From sequence record MN695334.1: a stretch of 64,000 bases of DNA; one strand, 5' to 3'. The translations under genes were made by a program, and so were the position numbers. Of this stretch, positions 38,190-45,454 are shown one piece after another. The first letter of the stretch is position 1. The number at the start of each line of letters is the position of its first letter. The notes under the pieces are model-generated. The model did not search any database and was not told where the DNA came from. It saw only the letters and a list, made by a program, of their open reading frames with translations.

Positions 38190-38435
38190 ATGAAAACAGA
38201 CCAAGAATTATTTGAGCGTTTTCAGTCATTAACAAGAGACATTATGGCAACAGCATCAGTTGTTCAAAATGATCATGATCGACTTATTGTTGATGGTATG
38301 ATTAAATATGAGGATGTTATAGAAACATGGCGTCAATTCCTACAGAGATTTTCTGATCATAGAGAAGAACTGGATTGTCTTTTTTCAGATGTAAATATAA
38401 GACTGGTCGAGGTTTTAAATAAATTAAAATATTAA
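38190..38435 (+). CDS. Hypothetical protein
   Basis: 81-aa ORF in operon. Confidence 0.55.
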   Translation: MKTDQELFERFQSLTRDIMATASVVQNDHDRLIVDGMIKYEDVIETWRQFLQRFSDHREELDCLFSDVNIRLVEVLNKLKY

Positions 38436-38446
38436 TTTCACACAAA

Positions 38447-38677
38447 ATGGCAAAGACTTCTTATAGCAGGCACCAAGCACAAAAGCTTAAGAATAAATGG
38501 GAGAGGTTGAGTAAACATTTAGAATATATTCCCGAAAGTTCACTTTCTTTTGGTAAACTATTTAAACAGGATCCATGTGATTGTGGGAATCCAAAATGTG
38601 CCATTTGTAGCTACCCTAAGCGTTTTCGTAAAAACAAACTAAACAAAAACACCGAAGTTTTTGATGAGTTTGCCTGA
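38447..38677 (+). CDS. Basic hypothetical protein with CDCG.PKC.IC..P.R motif
   Basis: 76-aa ORF. Confidence 0.6.
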   Translation: MAKTSYSRHQAQKLKNKWERLSKHLEYIPESSLSFGKLFKQDPCDCGNPKCAICSYPKRFRKNKLNKNTEVFDEFA

Positions 38678-38704
38678 GACGGATCATCAACTGGCACAAG
38701 CCAT

Positions 38705-38733
38705 TTGGCTTCTAAGCCAATCGGTGGTACATT
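38705..38733 (+). promoter_or_regulatory. Possible sigma70 promoter for the DUF2828 leader
   Basis: TTGGCT-17 nt-TACATT with upstream TGG; non-consensus -35. Confidence 0.45.
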
Positions 38734-38780
38734 ACATGTGTTGGTGAGTCGTCCGGCACATAGCCGGAAAAGACGCCATC

Positions 38781-38843
38781 TAAGATCAGTCAGCAACAAC
38801 ACATACAGTAGTCTCTTAAACTAACCCGTAAAAACTGATCTTG
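38781..38843 (+). ncRNA. Hairpin element copy 1 (stem + CAGCAA + A-rich loop)
   Basis: AAGATCAGT 38782-38790 / ACTGATCTT 38834-38842; CAGCAA 38791-38796. Confidence 0.7.
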
Positions 38844-38846
38844 CCT

Positions 38847-38899
38847 TAAGTTGATACAGCATAAAAAACTGTAGCAAAAAAACAAACCCAATCAACTTG
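38847..38899 (+). ncRNA. Hairpin element copy 2
   Basis: AAGTTGAT 38848-38855 / ATCAACTT 38891-38898; ACAGCAT follows the 5' strand; ends 7 nt before ATG. Confidence 0.7.
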
Positions 38900-38906
38900 T
38901 GAAAAA

Positions 38907-40382
38907 ATGACTTTTATTACTGCACTTGAATCTGAATTGAATACCACCGAAACTCTAAATGGAGCTAAGGCATATAAATCTACTCTCAACAAATGCCTGG
39001 ATCTTTTTGGTAAGATCGGCGCATGTCGCAATAATATCAAACAGGCAGAAAAACTGTTTGATCTAGCATATCGAGAAGATCCTGAAACTGCAACTCGTAT
39101 TCTTTTCTGGGTAAGGGATGTACGTGGAGGTAGCGGTGAGCGTAGTATCTTCCGCACTCTATTTAAAAATCTTGTCCAAAAGAATCAAGAGCTTGGCCAA
39201 AAGCTAGTAGCACTTGTTCCTGAGTATGGTCGTTGGGACGATCTGCTCGTTCTGGAAAATACTTCCGTTTGGAATCAAGTTTTAGATTTGATTACACATC
39301 AACTGAATACCGACCAAATTATGATGGCCAGTGGTGGTCAGGTTTCTCTACTCGCTAAGTGGCTTCCAAGCATTAACGCATCCAGTAAAGACAGCAAGCG
39401 TCTTGGACGTGAAATCGCTGAACATATGGTACTGACTGAAAGGCAGTATCGGAAAACTCTGGCTCGTCTTCGCTCTCATATTAAAATTGTGGAGCAGCAA
39501 ATGTGCTCTAAGGAATGGTCTGCCATTGATTATTCCAAAGTACCTTCACGAGCTTCTTTCATGTATCGTAAGGCATTTGGAAAACAGGATCCTACCCGAT
39601 ATCAGAAATATCTAACTGATGTTGAGAATGGCAAGGCAAAAATCAATGCGAGCACCCTATATCCATATGATGTTGTAGATCAGTATCTCAATAAGGGAGC
39701 ACGGGGAGATAAGACTATTGATCTTCAATGGGAAGCTCTACCAAACTATATGGGTGATAATCTCCTAAATGGTCTTGTTGTAGCTGATGTTTCTGGTTCC
39801 ATGACTCAAAATAATGGACTACCGTTGGCCGTTTCTATCTCTCTTGCGATGTATATTGCAGAGAGAAATGCATCACCAGTTTGGAAAGACAAGTTCATTA
39901 CTTTCTCTAGTCAACCTGAGTTGCAAACTGTTGTTGGTAAAACTATTGGAGAACGTATTCAAAATCTTTCCAGAGCAGATTGGGGATATAATACTGATCT
40001 CATCAGCGTATTCAAAACTATTCTGAAAGCAGCTAAGAGTAAAGATGTTGCTCCAGTGGATATGCCACAAAAAGTAATTATTGTTTCTGATATGCAATTT
40101 GATCAAGCTTGTGTTTCTAACAAACGAACTAGCTTTGAGCATATTGAAAAACTCTATCGTGCTTCTGGGTATGAGTTACCTCAACTGGTCTTTTGGAATG
40201 TCAATGCAATTGGAGCTAATGTTCCAATGACCGTTGCTGATTACAATACCTGTTTGGTTTCTGGTTGTTCCCCATCCATCTTAAAATCTGTTCTCAAAGG
40301 TGAAATTGTCACTGCTGTGGATATGATGAGTGATGCTGTATATTCTGAAAGGTATGTGCAGGTCGGAGCGGCATTCAACTAA
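38907..40382 (+). CDS. DUF2828-family TROVE-related/vWA protein (Ro60-like architecture)
   Basis: TETLNGA, FWVRDVRGGSGER, YGRWDDL, LLAKWLPS, MIDAS DVSGS, SDMQFD, FWNVN. Confidence 0.85.
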   Translation: MTFITALESELNTTETLNGAKAYKSTLNKCLDLFGKIGACRNNIKQAEKLFDLAYREDPETATRILFWVRDVRGGSGERSIFRTLFKNLVQKNQELGQKLVALVPEYGRWDDLLVLENTSVWNQVLDLITHQLNTDQIMMASGGQVSLLAKWLPSINASSKDSKRLGREIAEHMVLTERQYRKTLARLRSHIKIVEQQMCSKEWSAIDYSKVPSRASFMYRKAFGKQDPTRYQKYLTDVENGKAKINASTLYPYDVVDQYLNKGARGDKTIDLQWEALPNYMGDNLLNGLVVADVSGSMTQNNGLPLAVSISLAMYIAERNASPVWKDKFITFSSQPELQTVVGKTIGERIQNLSRADWGYNTDLISVFKTILKAAKSKDVAPVDMPQKVIIVSDMQFDQACVSNKRTSFEHIEKLYRASGYELPQLVFWNVNAIGANVPMTVADYNTCLVSGCSPSILKSVLKGEIVTAVDMMSDAVYSERYVQVGAAFN

Positions 40383-40414
40383 TTTAACTAAAATTATCCA
40401 AAGAGGCTAAACTA

Positions 40415-40582
40415 GTGGAAATTTATGTTCGATGGATTGGTGGAAAGTATGCAGAGGTTCATGTTGACTTTACTGGGGGTCACATTGAAAGTGGACTTCT
40501 CAATTGCAACGAACAAGTTGCTTATGGTGCCATGTTTCGTGAATTAGCGAATGAATTGGACCCAGAAACGACTGATGATTGA
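40415..40582 (+). CDS. Small hypothetical protein (55 aa, GTG start)
   Basis: AGAGG Shine-Dalgarno at 40402; MEIYVRWIGGKYAEVHVDF...ELDPETTDD*. Confidence 0.5.
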   Translation: MEIYVRWIGGKYAEVHVDFTGGHIESGLLNCNEQVAYGAMFRELANELDPETTDD

Positions 40583-40621
40583 CCGCAATGGCCCAGTGGC
40601 CATTAATTTCGAAAAGGGGGG

Positions 40622-40650
40622 TTGACAAGCTCGCCCCCCTCTGCTAAGAT
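40622..40650 (+). promoter_or_regulatory. Sigma70-type promoter driving the RNA array
   Basis: TTGACA-17 nt-TAAGAT with extended TG; first hairpin starts 8 nt downstream. Confidence 0.8.
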
Positions 40651-40657
40651 AAATTCA

Positions 40658-40709
40658 TAGATGATTCAGCCATTAAACTTTTTTTGGTAAAAAACACAAC
40701 ATCATCTAG
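40658..40709 (+). ncRNA. Hairpin element copy 3
   Basis: TAGATGAT / ATCATCTA stem, TCAGCCA, inner T7-GGT-A6 hairpin. Confidence 0.75.
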
Positions 40710-40720
40710 ATTTAAAACCT

Positions 40721-40767
40721 TAGGTGGTTCAGCAACTAAAAACATAGTAAGTTAAAAAACCACCTAG
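40721..40767 (+). ncRNA. Hairpin element copy 4
   Basis: TAGGTGGTT / AACCACCTA 9-bp stem, CAGCAA. Confidence 0.75.
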
Positions 40768-40774
40768 TTAATTT

Positions 40775-40884
40775 CGGGGAATAGCTCAATGGTAGAGCAA
40801 CGTAAAATATATCTAGTTTAGATATTAACTGCAATTTAAAGCATTCGGAGCCGTTGGTTGTAGGTTCGAATCCTGCTTCCCCGA
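40775..40884 (+). tRNA. tRNA with TCG anticodon (Arg) carrying a 38-nt insertion (40803-40840) in the anticodon stem
   Basis: Acceptor CGGGGAA/TTCCCCG, D arm GCTC/GAGC, T arm GTAGG-TTCGAAT-CCTGC; deleting 40803-40840 gives ACGGC-ATTCGGA-GCCGT. Confidence 0.8.
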
Positions 40885-40885
40885 T

Positions 40886-40936
40886 TAGATGATTCAGCCA
40901 TTAAACTTTTTTTTGGTAAAAAACAACATCATCTAG
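40886..40936 (+). ncRNA. Hairpin element copy 5 (near-identical to copy 3)
   Basis: TAGATGAT / ATCATCTA, TCAGCCA; differs from copy 3 only in T-run length and a CA. Confidence 0.75.
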
Positions 40937-40954
40937 ATTTTTTGAATGTCTCCT

Positions 40955-41027
40955 GGGCGCATGGTGAAGTGGATTATCACTAGGAGCTTCTACCTCCTCA
41001 TCCCTGGTTCGAATCCAGGTGCGCCTG
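40955..41027 (+). tRNA. tRNA-Arg(TCT)
   Basis: Acceptor GGGCGCA/TGCGCCT, anticodon arm AGGAG-CTTCTAC-CTCCT, T arm CCTGG-TTCGAAT-CCAGG. Confidence 0.93.
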
Positions 41028-41069
41028 TTAAAGTGACATACTTCCTTCTTTTACTATATAATATATAAT

Positions 41070-41142
41070 GCGAAATTAGTTCAGCGGCTAGAACGCTATC
41101 CTTCCAAGTTAGATGTCACCGGTTCGAATCCGGTATTTCGCT
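41070..41142 (+). tRNA. tRNA-Gly(TCC)
   Basis: Acceptor GCGAAAT/ATTTCGC, loop CTTCCAA, T arm ACCGG-TTCGAAT-CCGGT. Confidence 0.93.
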
Positions 41143-41179
41143 TAACAATCAATGACAAACGTATTACGATTGTGTGAAC

Positions 41180-41253
41180 GGGAACGTAGCTCAATTGGTT
41201 AGAGCACCCACCTTATAAGTGGGAGGTTCTGGGTTCAATCCCCAGCGTTCCTA
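41180..41253 (+). tRNA. tRNA-Ile(TAT)
   Basis: Acceptor GGGAACG/CGTTCCT, anticodon arm CCCAC-CTTATAA-GTGGG, T arm CTGGG-TTCAATC-CCCAG. Confidence 0.92.
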
Positions 41254-41282
41254 TTGACTTTTGAATTTCCCTCGCTGGGGGC

Positions 41283-41312
41283 TTGACAGGCCAGGATCTC
41301 CTGTGCTATGAT
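41283..41312 (+). promoter_or_regulatory. Sigma70-type promoter
   Basis: TTGACA-18 nt-TATGAT with extended TG; GGCC-GCAA-GGCC hairpin and TAAATA just downstream. Confidence 0.7.
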
Positions 41313-41342
41313 CAACGTAAGGCCGCAAGGCCCATAAATATC

Positions 41343-41591
41343 ATGGATTCAAATTTCGTTAACTCATTCAAATCAATGTCACTGACCACAAAATTTAAAA
41401 AAGATATTCAGGTACTGCGGCAAGCTGCTAATGGTGAATTTTATTTGGACGTAAAAAATCCAAAACTTTTTAAAAAAGTAAAACGTTACTATGAAGATGT
41501 TGGTGTAGTTTTTTCTGGTGATCCTGAAGATGATTATGAAATGCTGATCGATTACCTATATGAAGATCTTGAAGTACAACCGGTTGCGTAA
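41343..41591 (+). CDS. Conserved cyanophage hypothetical protein
   Basis: TKFKKDI..LR.AANGE.YLDVKNPKLFKKV.RYYE..GVVFSGDP; start could be 41343 or a later ATG. Confidence 0.7.
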   Translation: MDSNFVNSFKSMSLTTKFKKDIQVLRQAANGEFYLDVKNPKLFKKVKRYYEDVGVVFSGDPEDDYEMLIDYLYEDLEVQPVA

Positions 41592-41817
41592 TTTAGATAA
41601 GTTTACAACTTATAGATATCTTGGAAATTTACTTATTATCGTTGGATACTACATTCTACTTTGGCAAAGTGAGTCTGTCGGTTTAATCATAAAGCTAGTT
41701 GGGACTCTCATGGCCATACCTTCACTTTATGTCCTTAAGTTGTGGGATGCTTTGGTTATATGTGGATTCTTTGCTCTGATTGAATTTTCAAGATTACTTT
41801 ATTTAATAAATCAATGA
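41560..41817 (+). CDS. Small membrane protein
   Basis: RYLGNLLIIVGYYILLW...; three hydrophobic stretches; start uncertain. Confidence 0.6.
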   Translation: MKILKYNRLRNLDKFTTYRYLGNLLIIVGYYILLWQSESVGLIIKLVGTLMAIPSLYVLKLWDALVICGFFALIEFSRLLYLINQ

Positions 41818-42605
41818 TAGGATTTAACTCTTTGGGTTTACTGGGTAGATTGGGTAATCAAATGTTTCAATATGCTTCTTTAAAAGGTATTGCAAATAAG
41901 AATAATTACCAATATTGTATTCCCCCCTCACATAATATTGATGAATGGAGAGATCATCAACTCTTCAACTACTTTACTCTTAAGAATCTTAGTAAATTAA
42001 ATATTCAGTATATTAAAGCTGGAAGACCTGTAGTACATGAAGCGTCTTTTGGTTTTGATGAAAAGCTTTTTGATGAATGTCCTTTTTGGGTCAGTTTAGT
42101 TGGGTTTTTTCAATCTGAAAAATATTTTAAGCATATTGAACGAGAAATTAGAGAAGACTTTACCTTTGTGAATTCGATTTTAATTCCATGTCAAGAAGCT
42201 ATTACAGATCTGAAAAATCCAGTTTCATTACATATACGAAGAACTGATTACTTAACTAATCCGAATCATCATTGTTTACCTTTAAGTTATTATGAAAAAG
42301 CACTTGGGCAGTTTGATAGTGATAGAGCAGTAATCATTTTTACGGACGATCCAGATTGGATCTATACGCAAAAATTATTTTCAGATGATCGATTTGTTGT
42401 TTCTCAGGGTCAATCAAACTACATGGATCTTTGTTTAATGTCTTTGTGTGGTGGACACATTATCGCAAACAGTAGTTTTTCTTGGTGGGGTGCCTGGTTA
42501 TCAAAATCTCGAAAAATCATCGCACCTTCGGATTGGTTTATTGGTTCTAGCAATGCACACCTAGATACTAAGGATTTAATTCCAAGTGAATGGGAGCTAT
42601 TATGA
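41814..42605 (+). CDS. GT11 alpha-1,2-fucosyltransferase-like
   Basis: GRLGNQMFQYA, GFFQSEKYF, SLHIRRTDY, IANSSFSWWGAWL. Confidence 0.92.
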   Translation: MIGFNSLGLLGRLGNQMFQYASLKGIANKNNYQYCIPPSHNIDEWRDHQLFNYFTLKNLSKLNIQYIKAGRPVVHEASFGFDEKLFDECPFWVSLVGFFQSEKYFKHIEREIREDFTFVNSILIPCQEAITDLKNPVSLHIRRTDYLTNPNHHCLPLSYYEKALGQFDSDRAVIIFTDDPDWIYTQKLFSDDRFVVSQGQSNYMDLCLMSLCGGHIIANSSFSWWGAWLSKSRKIIAPSDWFIGSSNAHLDTKDLIPSEWELL

Positions 42606-43324
42606 AAGTTGCAATTATTTTTATCGGAACATCAAATTATATTAATTTTCTTCCACTTTATTATGAAAAGTGTGAAGAAAATTTTCTTGTAAATACGGAT
42701 AAAACGTATTTCGTTTTCACTGACGGTGAGCTTTCCGACTCACCCGAAAACGTTTTACCATATTATCAAGATCATTTGGATTGGCCATATATTACTTTGA
42801 ATCGTTTTCAAATCATTAATACGATTAAAAAAGACTTAGAGGATTTCGATTGGCTTGTTTTTATGGATGCAGATACACTGGTCGTGGATAAAGTGTTGGA
42901 GAATGAATTCTTTACAGATAAACCTTTTTTTGGAGTGCATCACCCCTGCGCCTATATGAAAATGTCGCCCCACGAGACCCCTCCAGGGGCCTATGAGGCC
43001 GATCCACGGTCCAGGGCTTACGTTGACACCGGCATTGATGGGAATTTTGGCCCATACCTCCAAGGCTGTCTGTGGGGCGGAAAAACTCCCGAGATTTTTT
43101 CTTTGATTGATGAGTTAGAGGAAAACATAAAAAAAGATTTGGAAGATAATATTATTGCGGTGTGGCACGATGAAAGTCATTTGAATCATTATTTCATGAA
43201 GCATAAAGAAATGGTTCATTTGCTTGGACCACAATATGCTTATCCTGAGATATTTGCTCAACATTGTCAATTCGAACCAAAGATTGTACATTTAGCAAAA
43301 GATAATGGTAAGTATCAACAATGA
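42602..43324 (+). CDS. GT6-family glycosyltransferase (ABO-like)
   Basis: IFIGTSNY, YFVFTD, FMDAD (DxD), GCLWGG, WHDESHLNHY. Confidence 0.88.
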   Translation: MKVAIIFIGTSNYINFLPLYYEKCEENFLVNTDKTYFVFTDGELSDSPENVLPYYQDHLDWPYITLNRFQIINTIKKDLEDFDWLVFMDADTLVVDKVLENEFFTDKPFFGVHHPCAYMKMSPHETPPGAYEADPRSRAYVDTGIDGNFGPYLQGCLWGGKTPEIFSLIDELEENIKKDLEDNIIAVWHDESHLNHYFMKHKEMVHLLGPQYAYPEIFAQHCQFEPKIVHLAKDNGKYQQ

Positions 43325-44046
43325 AAATTGCAGTTTGTTATCGAGGATTCTTAAGAACTATCACGCAAACATTTCAAAATCATCAAGAGAAATTATTTAA
43401 GGATCATGATGTAGATTTCTTTGTTCATACATGGAATAAATATTCAGAAGAGATAGCTTACGTTCAACGAAATCTAAACCCCAAAAGAATCTTAATTGAA
43501 GATACAAAAAGACTAGAAGTTAATCCATATAACTCGATTCAGTTTAATTCTATAAATTTTCAACCCGATTTCAACAAAAACAAAAAATTATCTAATAATG
43601 GGTTGCACTCAAAACCATATAATGTTTTGAGTATGTTATACTCTTTGATGATGGTTAATTCCTTACGTAAAGAATATTCTGATGAATATCGCTTAATTAT
43701 TTCAATTAGACCTGATATCTTTTTTTATGATGATTTAGATCTAAATCAAGCACAACCAAATCATTTGAATATCTCTTGGTTTGAAAATATTGGCGATCAT
43801 TTAAATCATTCTGATTCAATTATTGATCATATTGCAATTGGAGATTCAAATACGATTAATCGATATTCTGATTGTTTTTTATATGTACCATCATATTATT
43901 TTAATTTTGGGGTTCAATTGGTTCCAGAAATTTTGCTTGGTTATCATGCGAGACATCATCAAAATTTAAAAGTTAATATGCTAAACTCTAGACATTCTGT
44001 AATTAGAATTGCAAATTATAATTCACTCGATAATACTGACAAATGA
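43321..44046 (+). CDS. Glycosyltransferase-like protein (MKIA.C..G..R family)
   Basis: MKIAVCYRGFLR, DFFVHTW, MLYSL, IRPDI; paralog of 48225. Confidence 0.6.
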   Translation: MKIAVCYRGFLRTITQTFQNHQEKLFKDHDVDFFVHTWNKYSEEIAYVQRNLNPKRILIEDTKRLEVNPYNSIQFNSINFQPDFNKNKKLSNNGLHSKPYNVLSMLYSLMMVNSLRKEYSDEYRLIISIRPDIFFYDDLDLNQAQPNHLNISWFENIGDHLNHSDSIIDHIAIGDSNTINRYSDCFLYVPSYYFNFGVQLVPEILLGYHARHHQNLKVNMLNSRHSVIRIANYNSLDNTDK

Positions 44047-44738
44047 ACCTAAAGGATTTAGAATTAATTAGTGTAGACCAAAAACTTTATGATGGATTCA
44101 ATGATTTTATCATGAGTTCAGATCTAAAGGTTTTTGGTAAACTACTGGCCAGGACTTTATTATTTCAGAAAGTAAAAGATATTCCGGGGGATATTGTTGA
44201 ATGTGGCGTTTTTAAGGGCAGTGGATTATTTACTTTTTTGAAATTGAAAAGATATTTTTGTCCTAACACGTATAAGAAAGTAATTGGATTTGATTTCTTT
44301 GATTCAAAAAAATTAACTGAATCTCTTTCTTCACACGACAAACAGACAATGACTCTTTTGTTTGAACAAAGAAATTTCACACATGACTTGTTTTATAACA
44401 ATTTCTTAGAAAAGAAATTTATTGATTGTGGATTCATGGATCATGAATTTGAATTAATAGCGGGTGATATATCAAAGTCAGTTCTGCATTTTGTAGAGAA
44501 CAGACCAGGTGCCAAAATTTCACTACTTTATCTTGATTTGGATTTAGAGATTCCTACTTATGACACTTTAACTTCCTTGTGGAATAGAGTATCTTCCGGT
44601 GGAATTGTTATTTTTGATGAGTATGCATATCATAATTGGTCTGAATCAATTGGGGTGGATAAATTCTTCAAAGACAAAAACGTAAAAATAGAATCCTTAA
44701 ATTATGTTGCCCCCTCTGCATATGTAATAAAACCATGA
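44043..44738 (+). CDS. TylF/MycF-family O-methyltransferase
   Basis: PGDIVECGVFKGSG, GFDFF, LLYLDLD, GGIVIFDEY. Confidence 0.85.
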   Translation: MNLKDLELISVDQKLYDGFNDFIMSSDLKVFGKLLARTLLFQKVKDIPGDIVECGVFKGSGLFTFLKLKRYFCPNTYKKVIGFDFFDSKKLTESLSSHDKQTMTLLFEQRNFTHDLFYNNFLEKKFIDCGFMDHEFELIAGDISKSVLHFVENRPGAKISLLYLDLDLEIPTYDTLTSLWNRVSSGGIVIFDEYAYHNWSESIGVDKFFKDKNVKIESLNYVAPSAYVIKP

Positions 44739-44763
44739 ATAGTGGTTAATGTAGTTATATATA

Positions 44764-45429
44764 TTATAACATTCCTAATTCCCAGCCCACTCCAGGGTGC
44801 TCGGCTAAAAGTTTGTTGATATGTCCATTATTATACCATTTTCTACCTTTATTCGTTGGTTTTTGATTTAATCTACCTAATTTCCATTCTGGCCCTGGGC
44901 AACTAGTTGTAAAAGAATTTACTTCTCCATTATTATACCAAGAGCATTTTTTATTATGATCCGATTTTTTTGATGATAGAATTTTCTTTGTTTCTAAGCT
45001 GTGTGTTGAACCTAACATAGGATTATTTTCACTTAACATATAGTTTCTCCTTTTTTCTTTAAAATCATCACTTCTTTTTATACCCTTTAAAACTTTTTTC
45101 AATTTTAATTTTGTCTCAGTGGAAACTATTGTACCTTCACCACCAGTCGTAGAATTATAACCTTTAGTGTAACTTTCTTCTTGTAAAATAAAATGGCATT
45201 CCATATCTTTTATGTGTGATAGTTCGGTTGATTGATAAATGATTATACAATCAAAGTTATGTGGGCCATATTTTCTTATTGCTTTGTAGAACTTTATATT
45301 ATAAAGTTTTGAATTTTTATTATACGCAGTTCTAAAATGTTGTTTAATTCTTCTATCAAAATTTTTTGTTATTCCAATATAGCATTTTCCTGTTAACTTA
45401 TTTGTTATTTTATATGCACTATATACCAT
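44764..45429 (-). CDS. Free-standing GIY-YIG homing endonuclease with NUMOD3-like DNA-binding region
   Basis: AYKITNKLTGKCYIGIT...R.KQH, GYNSTTGG, NPMLGSTHS.ETK, WYNNG repeats. Confidence 0.88.
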   Translation of the reverse strand: MVYSAYKITNKLTGKCYIGITKNFDRRIKQHFRTAYNKNSKLYNIKFYKAIRKYGPHNFDCIIIYQSTELSHIKDMECHFILQEESYTKGYNSTTGGEGTIVSTETKLKLKKVLKGIKRSDDFKEKRRNYMLSENNPMLGSTHSLETKKILSSKKSDHNKKCSWYNNGEVNSFTTSCPGPEWKLGRLNQKPTNKGRKWYNNGHINKLLAEHPGVGWELGML

Positions 45430-45454
45430 ATACGACCTTTGAATTGGATGGAGT

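Noticed and set aside
40803-40840. tRNA insert as a group I or bulge-helix-bulge intron
   Set aside because: 38 nt is far too short for a group I core, and I see no bulge-helix-bulge at the junctions
38781-40936. Hairpin elements as a CRISPR array or as simple terminators
   Set aside because: Repeats are not identical or regularly spaced and no cas genes are nearby; most lack a 3' U-tract and they share an internal motif that terminators do not need
41145-41173. ACAATC/GATTGT hairpin between tRNA-Gly and tRNA-Ile as a further element copy
   Set aside because: Lacks the CAGC motif and the TAG...CTAG ends
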